DNA of 49,568 nucleotides from an uncultured Pseudomonadota bacterium (GCA_964454175.1 CAYVSA010000006.1:1-49568), one strand, 5' to 3'. Numbered from the stretch's first letter, positions 29,291 to 39,977 are shown. Numbers and translations are program-made. The notes: generated by a model not told the origin, from the sequence alone.

Positions 29291-29806
29291 TCAACCCTCC
29301 AGGTGGATCTCTTCCTCTTTTCTCAAACCGATCCTGACTTCGACACGTTCCAGTGCCGAACTTCCGAATAGTGCCAGGGCCGTATTTGTAAAAAAGGCGA
29401 GGAGGAAGGGTAGAGATAAAAATGGCGGGGCCGGCATGGCAAAAAGAAAAAGTATGATCAGTTTGGAGAATGTGGCAATTACAACTGCCCCGAGCACAGC
29501 AATAAGACGGTTGGTCAAACTCCTGACGAAGAATTTTTCCTTGAGCAATCCACCTGTGTACCCGGCAGCAATTTTAGATAACCCGTTGACACCTAATATC
29601 CCGGCCGCAAGAGCATCCTGGGAATAACCCAGCAGGAGTCCGCCAGCCATACCGGTCAGCTTCCCGCGGGTAATGGCCACGTGGACCGTTATAACGAGGG
29701 GGATGTCAAAGGCGCTCGAGAGCCATACAGGAAATACGGCAGGAAGCATTGTTGACTGGATAAGATGCGCCGCGCCGAAGAGAATCAGGAAATAAAGAAG
29801 GCTCAG
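29291..29806 (-). CDS. mreD: rod shape-determining protein MreD
   Basis: hydrophobic, G...G...G..QD motif, between mreC and mrdA; first ATG is at 29749 but the frame extends to a CTG at 29806 overlapping the mreC stop, with a GGAGG RBS. Confidence 0.85.
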   Translation of the reverse strand: MSLLYFLILFGAAHLIQSTMLPAVFPVWLSSAFDIPLVITVHVAITRGKLTGMAGGLLLGYSQDALAAGILGVNGLSKIAAGYTGGLLKEKFFVRSLTNRLIAVLGAVVIATFSKLIILFLFAMPAPPFLSLPFLLAFFTNTALALFGSSALERVEVRIGLRKEEEIHLEG

Positions 29807-30639
29807 TTCAGGTCTCCTCCCTCCCTGGATCCGGTCAGGATCAGGACATCTTCCAATCGCCCCATTGGCACCGACGGCACCACCTGCGCGTACTGGTACA
29901 ACCCGTAATTTTCCTTCAGGATAACCGATACCGTACCCACTTCAATACCTCTTGGGAATACCCCGCCAAGACCGCTTGTGATAATGATGTCACCTTTTTG
30001 AACATCCTCGGTCCTCTCGAGAAATTTTATCCTGCACGTACTCGAGTTCTCGCCCTCGAGGATACCCCGCGATCTCGACCTGGAAACCAGCACAGGGACG
30101 TGGGAGGCCCTGTCAACCAGGAGCCTTACTACCGAATTATTGCTGGAAACCTCTATCACACGGCCAACAAGGCCATCAGGGGTAACCACGGGCATCCCTC
30201 GCAAAATGCCGTTTTCAGCACCGTGGTCGACGATAATTATCCTGGTCCATGGATCAGGTGACTCGCCGATGACCCTGGCGGCGGTGCCCACAAGGCCAGT
30301 GTCGACCTGATAGCTAACGAACTCCTCGATCTTTCCTGACCTGAAAAGCTCCTCCCTCAGGGACTGGACTTCGATCCTGAGATGGCGAACCTCCCCTTGA
30401 AGTTCCCTGTTTGTTTTCCTGACCCCGATGAGATAGATGTAGTCGCTCCACAAGTTCGATATCCCGCGGAAAGAGCCCTTGACACCACGCTGGAAGGGGG
30501 CTGCAACGGCCAATCCGCCTTTTTTGAGGTAAGTCATGTCTGATTGATCCCTGGCTTGATGGGATATTACCAGGAGCGAGCTGAGGATGAGAAGACTGAA
30601 GATCAGCCCATCCCGGTAGCGTTTGAAAAAATCACGCAT
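29803..30639 (-). CDS. mreC: rod shape-determining protein MreC
   Basis: TM plus coiled coil, ARVIG, IVDHG..NGI..GMPVV...GLVGRV, TSGLGGVFP.GI.VG. Confidence 0.95.
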   Translation of the reverse strand: MRDFFKRYRDGLIFSLLILSSLLVISHQARDQSDMTYLKKGGLAVAAPFQRGVKGSFRGISNLWSDYIYLIGVRKTNRELQGEVRHLRIEVQSLREELFRSGKIEEFVSYQVDTGLVGTAARVIGESPDPWTRIIIVDHGAENGILRGMPVVTPDGLVGRVIEVSSNNSVVRLLVDRASHVPVLVSRSRSRGILEGENSSTCRIKFLERTEDVQKGDIIITSGLGGVFPRGIEVGTVSVILKENYGLYQYAQVVPSVPMGRLEDVLILTGSREGGDLN

Positions 30640-30816
30640 GGAACTGGTGGAGATCCTTCAATTTTTTAAACCTTCTGGGCAGAAAGGACAAAAACCTCTG
30701 ATGCGATCACCTCAATGCTCAATTGTATTCCCACTTTGAGCCGGCCAACATCAACAGGGCAGACCGCCGGCTGAAAAGTCTTATCCGTGGGACACCGGGG
30801 ACACCGTCAGGAAGAT

Positions 30817-31866
<1,050 letters not shown>

Positions 31867-31947
31867 TCAGAAATACTCGTTTCTGTTTTTTTCTCATTGT
31901 CGCAACAAAAAAACCTGAAATTTCGCCCGGAATTCTGTCAGGATGGG

Positions 31948-31976
31948 AGCATACCCCTTATGCTGGCCCAATGCAA
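31948..31976 (-). promoter_or_regulatory. putative sigma-70 promoter for mreB
   Basis: TTGCAT-N17-TATGCT on the minus strand. Confidence 0.5.
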
Positions 31977-32156
31977 CTCGTTACAGAGCGTAAAAATACT
32001 AACAGACTCACTTCATCTTTTCAACGCTAACCTTTCATAATCGTTTCGAAATTTGGGGTTCTGAACGCGGTTAACAGAGTCCGATCCAGAACCTGCAGGC
32101 TGGGTTAGCGGATCCGCTGCACAGCTGCCCTCGGAAATGTTCTTACAGGACACATG

Positions 32157-32184
32157 TTGCATTTGCCGGACTAATCCTTATAAT
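32157..32184 (+). promoter_or_regulatory. putative sigma-70 promoter for the ppiD-like gene
   Basis: TTGCAT-N16-TATAAT about 100 bp upstream of ATG 32287. Confidence 0.5.
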
Positions 32185-32286
32185 GGCTCGTCGGGTTTCA
32201 GAAACACTAACGACCTACTCTACCACGCGCTGCCTCGCAGGGCGTATGACAGCCTGCTCAGTACAGGTACATAATGGAGGAAAAGA

Positions 32287-34176
32287 ATGCTGGAGATAAT
32301 GAGGAAGAAGGCCGGTTCATGGGTCATGAAGTTCGTCCTGTTCGGAATCGTCGTGGTCTTCGCCTTCTGGGGTGTAGGAACCTATTCGGGCAATAACCTG
32401 AGAACCGTCCTGACAGTTGACAAGGTCAAGGTTCCCTACTCTGAATACAGGGATCTTTATAACACCCTGGTGGAGTCCTACAGGCAGAGCAGCGGGGGCA
32501 GCCTTGACCCAGAGACCCTGGAGGAACTGGACCTGAAAGAAAAGACCGTCGAAACACTCATTGAACGATACCTTATCCTTGAGGCTGCCAGAAGCCTGGA
32601 ATTTTACTCCACAGAAGAAGAGATCGCATCCAGAATCAGCGCCAACCCATCTTTTCAGCAAGGGGGCCTGTTTTCTTCCGACAGATACAGGTCTTTTCTG
32701 GACTACAACAGATTGACCCCGGAGGGTTACGAAGCGTCCATCGCCAAAGATGTCACCCTTGAAAAAATGACCTATCTGCTCCGGCTGGCCGCCGTTGTTA
32801 CTCCGCAGGAGGTTGATGAGAATCTCAGCCTTTTAACGAAACGGATGACTGTCGAGGCGCTGCCCCTTGACCCCAGCGCTTTCGTCGGCAGAGTGCCTGC
32901 GGCTTCGACAGATGAGCTGGAGGATTACTTCGACCAGCACGAAGAAGATTACAGGGTCCCCGAACAGTTTGTTCTGGCTGTCGTGGAGGTGGACCCCTCC
33001 AGATTCAGAGACAGGATCGAGGTGGATGACGAGGAGATCGAGGATTTCTACGAGAATAACGAAAATGAATTCACCGAGGAAGCGGCCTACAATCTGAAGA
33101 GGCTCCTTTTTAAATTCACCAAGGACGCCGACACCGAGAGTATAAGCAGAATGCGAGCAGCAGCCGAAGACGCTGTTGACAGGATCCGCTCCGGCAAAAT
33201 GACTATATCGGCAGCAATGAAACAGTGGCAAGACCCGGAGGCCGCACGAGGCTACCTTAAAGAGCGAGAGCTTTCCACCGGCATAGTCGATGCCGCCGAT
33301 TCGCTGGAAAAAGGAGGCGTGAGCGATCCCGTCCCGACATCCAGGGGGTTCGAGGTTGTTTACCTTGTTGATTCGAGGCCCGAGAGACTCCGGCCGTTGG
33401 AAGAGGTTAAAAAAAATATCGCCGACAGAATAATCGCGGAGAAAACCTATGATTTTGCCTACGACCTGGCTGACGACCTTCTGGCGCAGGTTGAAAGCTC
33501 CGACCTGTCCATGGAGGAGGCGTCAAAGGCGCAGGGTTTAATGGCCGTCCGAACCCCACCCTTTTCCAGGCAGACCCTCCCAGACAGCCCCAAACTGCCC
33601 GAAGACTTTTTTAAAGCCGCGTTCACTACCGAAGAGGGTGAAGTTGGCGACGTATTCGAGGCTGGAGACGAGCTCTACCTGTTCCAGACTGTGGAAAGGA
33701 ATGAGTCACGCATTCCCCGATTTGAAGACGTCATTGAGAAAGTAAGAGCCGGGCTCCTGGTTGCAAAAGCCCTGGAACAGGCCGGGAATGAGGGGAAGGA
33801 TTTCGCCGATCAGGTAAGGAACGGCCGATCGCTGAAATCAGTAGCGAGGGAGCTGGGCCTGAGGGTAGAAACAACACCAGATTTCACGGTTGTTGACAGC
33901 AGCCTGCCTGGATTCCTGGAAGGGCGAAAGATCATCAAGGAGGCCTTTACTCTCAGCGGCCCAGGTTCTGCGGCCTTCGTCGAGGGCGACAGGATCCACT
34001 ATATCATCGCCTTTAATGAGATTATTCCCGCCGAAGAGAACATGATCAACACCCAAAGGCAAGCGGTCCTTGAGGCACTGAGGCTCCAGAAAGCTCAAGA
34101 TCTTTTCCTCAGCTACGTGGACACTATGAAAACCGGTTACGCGGACAAAATAGAGGTCAACAGAGACATTATCTAA
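32287..34176 (+). CDS. ppiD: PpiD-like periplasmic chaperone (SurA N-terminal plus parvulin-like domains)
   Basis: ML..MRK...SW..K....I...F.FWG N-terminus, FQ..G.F...RY, degenerate rotamase (GGVSDPV.T..GF); GGAGG RBS. Confidence 0.85.
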   Translation: MLEIMRKKAGSWVMKFVLFGIVVVFAFWGVGTYSGNNLRTVLTVDKVKVPYSEYRDLYNTLVESYRQSSGGSLDPETLEELDLKEKTVETLIERYLILEAARSLEFYSTEEEIASRISANPSFQQGGLFSSDRYRSFLDYNRLTPEGYEASIAKDVTLEKMTYLLRLAAVVTPQEVDENLSLLTKRMTVEALPLDPSAFVGRVPAASTDELEDYFDQHEEDYRVPEQFVLAVVEVDPSRFRDRIEVDDEEIEDFYENNENEFTEEAAYNLKRLLFKFTKDADTESISRMRAAAEDAVDRIRSGKMTISAAMKQWQDPEAARGYLKERELSTGIVDAADSLEKGGVSDPVPTSRGFEVVYLVDSRPERLRPLEEVKKNIADRIIAEKTYDFAYDLADDLLAQVESSDLSMEEASKAQGLMAVRTPPFSRQTLPDSPKLPEDFFKAAFTTEEGEVGDVFEAGDELYLFQTVERNESRIPRFEDVIEKVRAGLLVAKALEQAGNEGKDFADQVRNGRSLKSVARELGLRVETTPDFTVVDSSLPGFLEGRKIIKEAFTLSGPGSAAFVEGDRIHYIIAFNEIIPAEENMINTQRQAVLEALRLQKAQDLFLSYVDTMKTGYADKIEVNRDII

Positions 34177-34192
34177 ATCCCTGGACGGCAGG

Positions 34193-34960
34193 TTATAACA
34201 ATTTCCCTGAAAAGATAGCCTTTTCATCAGTGTAGGAGATAATCTTCCCCCGCGTGTCCAGTTTGATCTGGAATTTTTCCTTTACCCTTTCAGCGGCGCT
34301 GCGGAATTTATCCTCCAGGCGCTGACTTCGTTCCCCCGACACTGCTGCTCTCTGGACCCACTCTCCAAAAGGGTGCCTTCTTTCGAAAACCTCCTCGTGA
34401 ACGACACACAGCCCTGAATCCGCCAGCATACTGCGCCACTGGCCCAGTGTATTGGACCGGACATGGCTGGGATCCCTGATGGCTTCCACTCCGTTCATGA
34501 AAACATCCCATTCCTCATCATCAGGAACAATACTGTCTACGATCACAAACCGGCCTTCGGCCGCCAGTACCCTGTTAACCTCACCAAGGAACAGCGGAAG
34601 ATCACCAAAATGGTGACAGGCTATGCGGCAGCAGAGCAAGTCGACGCAGCTTTCGCGAAACGGCAGTGCTTCTGCGTTTCCACCAGTGTAGATCACGTGT
34701 TCCAGGCCTGCGCCGGAGAGGTGCTCCCTCGCTACGCGCAGCATCTCCATCGTCACGTCAACAGCAGCGCAAAGAGATGAGAAGGGCGCAGCTGCCCTCA
34801 AAGCGTGGCCAGCGCCGGTGGCAACGTCCAGCGTCAGCGTGGGCATGATATCCGAAGCTATCTGCCTGATCCGGTCCAGATCCGGACCGGACCGATGATC
34901 CGTGCTCTTCCAGTATCCTTCGGCAGTCTTTGAAAATATATTCCTCGGATCCACACTCAT
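34193..34960 (-). CDS. class I SAM-dependent methyltransferase
   Basis: LDVATGAGH motif I, AEALPF, HHF.D, RVL...G, RDPSHVR. Confidence 0.88.
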   Translation of the reverse strand: MSVDPRNIFSKTAEGYWKSTDHRSGPDLDRIRQIASDIMPTLTLDVATGAGHALRAAAPFSSLCAAVDVTMEMLRVAREHLSGAGLEHVIYTGGNAEALPFRESCVDLLCCRIACHHFGDLPLFLGEVNRVLAAEGRFVIVDSIVPDDEEWDVFMNGVEAIRDPSHVRSNTLGQWRSMLADSGLCVVHEEVFERRHPFGEWVQRAAVSGERSQRLEDKFRSAAERVKEKFQIKLDTRGKIISYTDEKAIFSGKLL

Positions 34961-34982
34961 CCCCCGACAACCGTTGGACGGC

Positions 34983-35017
34983 GTTTAATAGTCAATGTTC
35001 AGGGTTCAATGTTGATA
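34983..35017. repeat. 5 x 7-bp degenerate tandem repeat (GTTCAAT)
   Basis: gtttaat agtcaat gttcagg gttcaat gttgata. Confidence 0.6.
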
Positions 35018-35054
35018 GTGTCGTAAAAAGTTGATTAAATACCCGATTCCAATG

Positions 35055-35083
35055 AAGCGGCCTTCGGCAAAAGCCGCTTTTTT
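35055..35083. terminator. terminator-like hairpin next to the rlmD stop
   Basis: AAGCGGC...GCCGCTT stem with a T-run on the + strand; rlmD is on the - strand, where the U-tail is weak. Confidence 0.4.
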
Positions 35084-35090
35084 ATTACTG

Positions 35091-36389
35091 CTACCCGTTA
35101 ATTTCAAGCAGTGCAATACTTTCCAGGTGGTGGCTCTGCGGAAACATATCAACTGGTTCCACAGATACGACCCGGTAGCTTTTCTCTATAAGGCTGGAAA
35201 TGTCTCTCGCAAGAGTGGCCGGGTCACAGGAAATGTAAACGAGTGTTGCGGTTCCCGAGGCGATGATCCATTCCCTCACCTGTCTGGAGAGACCGGCCCT
35301 TGGAGGGTCAACAAGGACGGCGTCAAATTTCCCGGTGTCCATACTATTGACATAACCTTCTACCCTGGACTCGATGAAATGAGGATTACTGCCGTGGGAA
35401 GTTCGTCTCGCATCATTTATCGCCCCGGCTCCGGATTCTATACCTGTTACACTCATGCCCGATCCCGCGCAGGGGAAAGAGAAGTTACCGTTGCCGCAGT
35501 AAAGGTCCGCGAGAGACTCGACCGACCTGTTTTTCAAGGTGGAAAGCACCCTATGTGCCAGGTGATCGTTCTGGCCTGGATTAACCTGGAAAAAGGTGCC
35601 TGGTGAGGCTAACAGGCCAGATCCAGCGCTCCTCAACTTTAAGGGTGCTCCTTCCGAAAAAAAAGGGGCGTCCTGACCATTGATGAAAACACTCTGCGTC
35701 GAAAGACCGAGCCCGGCTGCTGAAAAAGCCTCACCGCAGCGGGACACGGTGTCCCTGACCGGGGCCCCCTGAAAGCCCTGCTTAAGGAACCACGCCAGAG
35801 AGAGGCCGCTGTCGACAGGGCTGAGAGCCGCCTCGACCCACTTTAACCGAGCCATGGACTCTGGACGATCCTTGAGAACATCCCTGAGCAGGGCAACTGC
35901 GTCGTTGATGAGATCCGGCGCAATCAGACACCTTTTCCACTGAACGAGTTCCCTGGAATGCCTTTTGAAAAAGCCCAGTTTACCGCCGCTGTGATGAGCT
36001 CTGATCCTGTGCCGCCATTTAAACTCCGCCGGCGCCGGTGCTGTAGCTTCAACTTTCCCGGCCTTAACCCTGCCGATCCGCGCCAGGACCTGTGTAAGTA
36101 TCTTTTGCTTGTACTCGAGCTGGACACTGTAAGGCATATGCATCCAGGAACAGCCGCCGCACTCTCCATAGTATGGACAGGGGGGCTCCCGCCTCATGGC
36201 CGACTTTTCCAGTATGGCTGCGGGACTCGCAAACAGTACACCGCGGGAGCGTCTGACCTCGCCGGGAACAACCAGATCACCGGGCGCGGTCAGAGACACG
36301 AAAGCAGGAGATCCGCGAAAGTACCCGAAACCGTCGCCACCCGAGGCAAGGTCCTGAATGCGAATGGTTTCAAGATTGCTTTTTCTCAT
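35091..36389 (-). CDS. rlmD: 23S rRNA (uracil-C5)-methyltransferase, RlmD/TrmA family
   Basis: C.YY..CGGC Fe-S motif, FFQVN, DLYCG.G.F, DPPRAGL, YISCDPATLARD, DMFPQS.HLE. Confidence 0.88.
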   Translation of the reverse strand: MRKSNLETIRIQDLASGGDGFGYFRGSPAFVSLTAPGDLVVPGEVRRSRGVLFASPAAILEKSAMRREPPCPYYGECGGCSWMHMPYSVQLEYKQKILTQVLARIGRVKAGKVEATAPAPAEFKWRHRIRAHHSGGKLGFFKRHSRELVQWKRCLIAPDLINDAVALLRDVLKDRPESMARLKWVEAALSPVDSGLSLAWFLKQGFQGAPVRDTVSRCGEAFSAAGLGLSTQSVFINGQDAPFFSEGAPLKLRSAGSGLLASPGTFFQVNPGQNDHLAHRVLSTLKNRSVESLADLYCGNGNFSFPCAGSGMSVTGIESGAGAINDARRTSHGSNPHFIESRVEGYVNSMDTGKFDAVLVDPPRAGLSRQVREWIIASGTATLVYISCDPATLARDISSLIEKSYRVVSVEPVDMFPQSHHLESIALLEING

Positions 36390-36416
36390 AGTAAAGACCT
36401 GAAACCGGGAAAGTGA

Positions 36417-36459
36417 GTTTCAGGTTCCATGTTCCAAGTGAAATATACAGAATGCAGAA
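36417..36459. repeat. 7-bp degenerate tandem repeats (GTTCCAN, then TRCAGAA)
   Basis: gtttcag gttccat gttccaa ... tacagaa tgcagaa. Confidence 0.6.
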
Positions 36460-36517
36460 TCCTGCCGTCTTAATCATGACCACTTTTCAAAATCAACGCC
36501 GATACACGTCGATTTAC

Positions 36518-36575
36518 TTTAATGCTCTAATATCTAATGTCTAATTTCCATTTTCCAATTCTCCAATTTCCAATA
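36518..36575. repeat. ~8 x 7-bp degenerate tandem repeat (TCYAATN)
   Basis: tttaatg c tctaata tctaatg tctaatt tccattt tccaatt c tccaatt tccaata, abutting the stop codon at 36577. Confidence 0.8.
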
Positions 36576-36576
36576 C

Positions 36577-37152
36577 CTATCTTGGTTTCGCAAGCATTTC
36601 TCTTATTCGGAGGTCCAGGAAATTATTCTGGTGGGCCGGGGAAATAATACATGCCGTATCGGCCCCTTTGCCGGTGCCAGCCATGACCAGCACGTCCTCG
36701 CCTGACGGAACAGCTCCAGCGTCAGCAGCCATTACTGAAATTTCCACACACGTCTTGACTCCCTGGGAAAAAAGCCTCAGCGTTGCAGCAATCATTTCCA
36801 GGGGGTAGATACCGTCGAACTTAAGCCTGAATGATCTCTCCGGGCCGCTCAGAGCGTGGCAGCCTGTTACCACTGCAAAGCCCTCTTCAGCCAGCTTTGT
36901 TCTCATTCCGGCATCCATTCGGTCCTCGTTCGGGTTGGAAAACCCCACGTGATACGTCACGGCCACCAGAGAACCTGTGAAGGCGGCCCTTACGGCCTCT
37001 GCCTTGAGCGCCAGAGCCGTCTCCCCGGTGGTGGTGGCCACCACTGCGTGACCAAGATCGAGTTCCTTTGCTCTCCTGATGCCCCGGCTGACTGTCTCGG
37101 CAGTATTTGAGGGACCAGGTTTTTCGTAATAGTTGACAGTTATTTCTGGCAT
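36577..37152 (-). CDS. pyruvate kinase C-terminal-like alpha/beta domain protein (COG1751/MTH1675-like)
   Basis: Y.EKPG..NT, VVATTTGETA, H..GF, HALSG.ERS, LRLFSQGVK.CVEI..MAADAG, GTG.GADTA, C-terminal KPR. Confidence 0.8.
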   Translation of the reverse strand: MPEITVNYYEKPGPSNTAETVSRGIRRAKELDLGHAVVATTTGETALALKAEAVRAAFTGSLVAVTYHVGFSNPNEDRMDAGMRTKLAEEGFAVVTGCHALSGPERSFRLKFDGIYPLEMIAATLRLFSQGVKTCVEISVMAADAGAVPSGEDVLVMAGTGKGADTACIISPAHQNNFLDLRIREMLAKPR

Positions 37153-37178
37153 ATGCTTATCCTCAGACTCTTTCCAGC

Positions 37179-39977
37179 TCAGTTCCGGGCTCTGCCTACA
37201 CCCACTGTCTTATAAATGAAGTTCCTGAACTTCGTCAGTGCTTTTCCTTCGTCAATACCTTCAACGGGCAAAGCTCTCAGGACACGAGCAGTCCCTTTGA
37301 CGTTGCCTCCACCTGCAAGTGCCATCTGGTAAATTTTCACTACCTGTGATCGTGTGATCTCGTGGTTGGTAAAAGGAGTGTGGACAAGGGACCAGAAATC
37401 CCCCTCCCCCTGTCGAATCCTGGCAAAGATCGCTGCCTCTTCCTGTGCTGAATACGAGGAAAAGTCATTTCCAGCGGAAGTGACCGCCCTGAGGATCTCC
37501 TCCTTGCCTACTCCACCTCCTGAACTCTCGATCAATGCTCCCTGAAGCACGCTTACGAGCTGCCGTATGTTCCCTGGATAATCCATTTCACGGAGCAATG
37601 CCGCGGCCTCATCATCCAGTCGAGGCACCGAAGTTCCCATGGAATAGTTAAAGTGGAGACGACTCAAAAAATGCCTCGCAAGATCGGGAATGTCCTCTCT
37701 CCTGCCTGACAGGGGGGGAACCCTCACTGAAAGCTCGTTCAGCCTGTGGAAGAGGTCCTCCCGGAAACTGCCGGCCTCTATCTGGGCCGACAGGTCCCTG
37801 TTGGTAGCCGCTACCAGAACTACCCTGCTCCTGCGGACTCTGTTGTCCCCCAGACGCGTGAACTCTCCGCTGTCTAAATACCGAAGCAGCTGAACCTGGG
37901 TCTTCTGGTCTGCATCCCCGATCTCGTCAAGGAATACGACTCCGCCGTCGGCCTCTTCCAGGATCCCGATCCGGTCACTGTAAGCCCCCGTGTAGGCCCC
38001 CTTTACGTGCCCGAAAAGTTCAGTATATGTCAGATCCCCTCCGTAGGCGGCTATGTTCGTCTTTCTTACAGGCAGATGTCCCTTTTTACCTCCCAATTCG
38101 CTGTAGCGGCTGTCTAGGAGCGAATAAAGATTGTTGAAAACAAATTCCTTTCCCGAGCCTGTTTCTCCTGCTATCAGAAGTGTGGGAAGTCCAAGATCAA
38201 GGTCCTTGTCTTCCCCGCTGTCCCATTTAACAAGACAGTTGGCAAGGGGCGCAGCTATCTTTCCTATCCGGTCAACTAACTTTCGGGACGCCTCACTCTT
38301 CCCAATTATATTCCCCAGCACGTACGAGGTAACTTCAGGGCTCTTGTAAGTGACCTCCCGTTTGAGCTTTTCTACCTTGCCCTTCAGTTCGCCGATCTTG
38401 ATCATGTCCGCTATCCTGCTAGCGATCAATCTCGAGATCAGCAGCATGATACGCTGATGCTCCAGGGTGAAGAACCCCTCCTGATAACTGTCCAGATTTA
38501 TCACCCCAATAACATTTTCCCCTACCAGGATCGGTACGGCCAGTTCAGACATCACCTTTCCCACAAGCTCTCTGTAAAAACCGCCTTTTCGGGACTCCAG
38601 AGCAGTGTTGCTGCACAGGAACGGCTTCCCCGTGAAGGCCACATGGCCGGTTAAAGAGCGTTCCCCGTCGGGCAGATCCTCTCCGCCGACCTTCAGGGGA
38701 GGAATGTAAGATTTCCTCCATTCCATTGATTTGGCGCCCACGAGCCTTCCCTCATCTTCTGCGTCTTCAACCAGGAGCCACTTCTGGCCATCCCTCTCGG
38801 CCACGAGTGCAATAGAGCCGGAGTCGGCCCCCACAAATCCGTTGACGATGGATACGACCCGGTTGAGAAAAACCGGAAGTTCGATCTGCGCTATCAACAG
38901 TTCCTCGATCTCGGAAAGGACCCTGATCTCGAAGTGCTCTTCTGCAGGCCCGGAAACGCAGTCACCCACAGCGCCGGCATGGCTGCCTAGAAGAACCAGG
39001 TCCGACCCGGAAAAAACGTGGGCCCGCTCCCTTGAAAAATAGTTGACCACGCAGATCACGGACCCGTCATCCCCGACAACCGGGATCATCAGAAGAGTCC
39101 TTAAAGACAGCTGGGAAAAAATCTCAAATCTGTCAAATTTCTCTGAGAGTATGTCCTCGTAATAGAGCACATCAGGCGCACCGGGACGGCGCACGACACC
39201 ATTTTCGGCGTGTGCCACCAGACCTGACAGGAGGCTTTTACCCTCAAGGAGGCTTATCCGCTCAAGATTCTCATAAACAGCCAGCCGGGACGGCTCCCTG
39301 GAGACGGCCGCAAGGATCTCCATAAACCCTCCCCTTTGCTCCCAGAGGGCGCTGGAAACAGGAGTCTCCGCAGGAATGAGAACAGACGCCAGATCAATGG
39401 AGCCGTCAAGGTCCAGAACACCCGAAAGCAGGATCCTTGCGGCATCTTTCTTCCGGGAAACGTCGAGGTGTCTGTTCAGTATTATCTGCCTGTAAAAGCG
39501 GTGCGCCTCACGCAGGACCGAGTTGGTCCTGGAAAAGAGATCCTCCAGAAGGGTCTTCCGGGCCTGACTGATAATGGGTCCGGTTTGATCCCTGGAGTCC
39601 AGGCAGATCACTCCAATGGACTGGCCGGGTTGACCGAGGGGGAATACCGTGGTTATTTGAAGCCCTCTGTCCGCTGCCCACTTCTGGTGGAGATCGTCCA
39701 TCCCATCAACGACAGAAATGTCCTCACTGGCAGAGGCCTCCAGGAAGGCTTTTACAATCCTGCTTTCCCTGTTCTGGATCGGTATTCTGCCCCCCATTCT
39801 CTCAAGTTCGCCTTCAGGTGTATAAAGGCACTTCAGGGCTCCCTCCCTGAGTTCCTCAAGATATATACGGATGAGCGTGCTGTCGGTGATCTCGATTATG
39901 CCTTCGGAGATGTAGTGCAGGATGTCAAAGAGATTTTCCTTGTCAAAAGCGTTGATCCGATCGATGAGTTCTCGCAT
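37179..39977 (-). CDS. multi-GAF sigma-54-dependent transcriptional activator (resembles the 'GPMC system' regulator)
   Basis: GAF signature SELAVPI...VIGVINLDS; AAA+ GETGSGKE, ELFGHVKGAYTGA, FLDEIG, AATNRDL, FREDLFHRL, YPGNIRQL; alternative TTG start 39980. Confidence 0.88.
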   Translation of the reverse strand: MRELIDRINAFDKENLFDILHYISEGIIEITDSTLIRIYLEELREGALKCLYTPEGELERMGGRIPIQNRESRIVKAFLEASASEDISVVDGMDDLHQKWAADRGLQITTVFPLGQPGQSIGVICLDSRDQTGPIISQARKTLLEDLFSRTNSVLREAHRFYRQIILNRHLDVSRKKDAARILLSGVLDLDGSIDLASVLIPAETPVSSALWEQRGGFMEILAAVSREPSRLAVYENLERISLLEGKSLLSGLVAHAENGVVRRPGAPDVLYYEDILSEKFDRFEIFSQLSLRTLLMIPVVGDDGSVICVVNYFSRERAHVFSGSDLVLLGSHAGAVGDCVSGPAEEHFEIRVLSEIEELLIAQIELPVFLNRVVSIVNGFVGADSGSIALVAERDGQKWLLVEDAEDEGRLVGAKSMEWRKSYIPPLKVGGEDLPDGERSLTGHVAFTGKPFLCSNTALESRKGGFYRELVGKVMSELAVPILVGENVIGVINLDSYQEGFFTLEHQRIMLLISRLIASRIADMIKIGELKGKVEKLKREVTYKSPEVTSYVLGNIIGKSEASRKLVDRIGKIAAPLANCLVKWDSGEDKDLDLGLPTLLIAGETGSGKEFVFNNLYSLLDSRYSELGGKKGHLPVRKTNIAAYGGDLTYTELFGHVKGAYTGAYSDRIGILEEADGGVVFLDEIGDADQKTQVQLLRYLDSGEFTRLGDNRVRRSRVVLVAATNRDLSAQIEAGSFREDLFHRLNELSVRVPPLSGRREDIPDLARHFLSRLHFNYSMGTSVPRLDDEAAALLREMDYPGNIRQLVSVLQGALIESSGGGVGKEEILRAVTSAGNDFSSYSAQEEAAIFARIRQGEGDFWSLVHTPFTNHEITRSQVVKIYQMALAGGGNVKGTARVLRALPVEGIDEGKALTKFRNFIYKTVGVGRARN

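Noticed and set aside
30789-30806. GGGACACCG x2 downstream of mreB
   Set aside because: Only two copies of a 9-mer; may be chance
31870-32286. ncRNA or riboswitch in the mreB-ppiD divergent gap
   Set aside because: Only short hairpins (e.g. AGCGGATCCGCT at 32107-32118); no recognisable family, and the two promoter candidates account for the region
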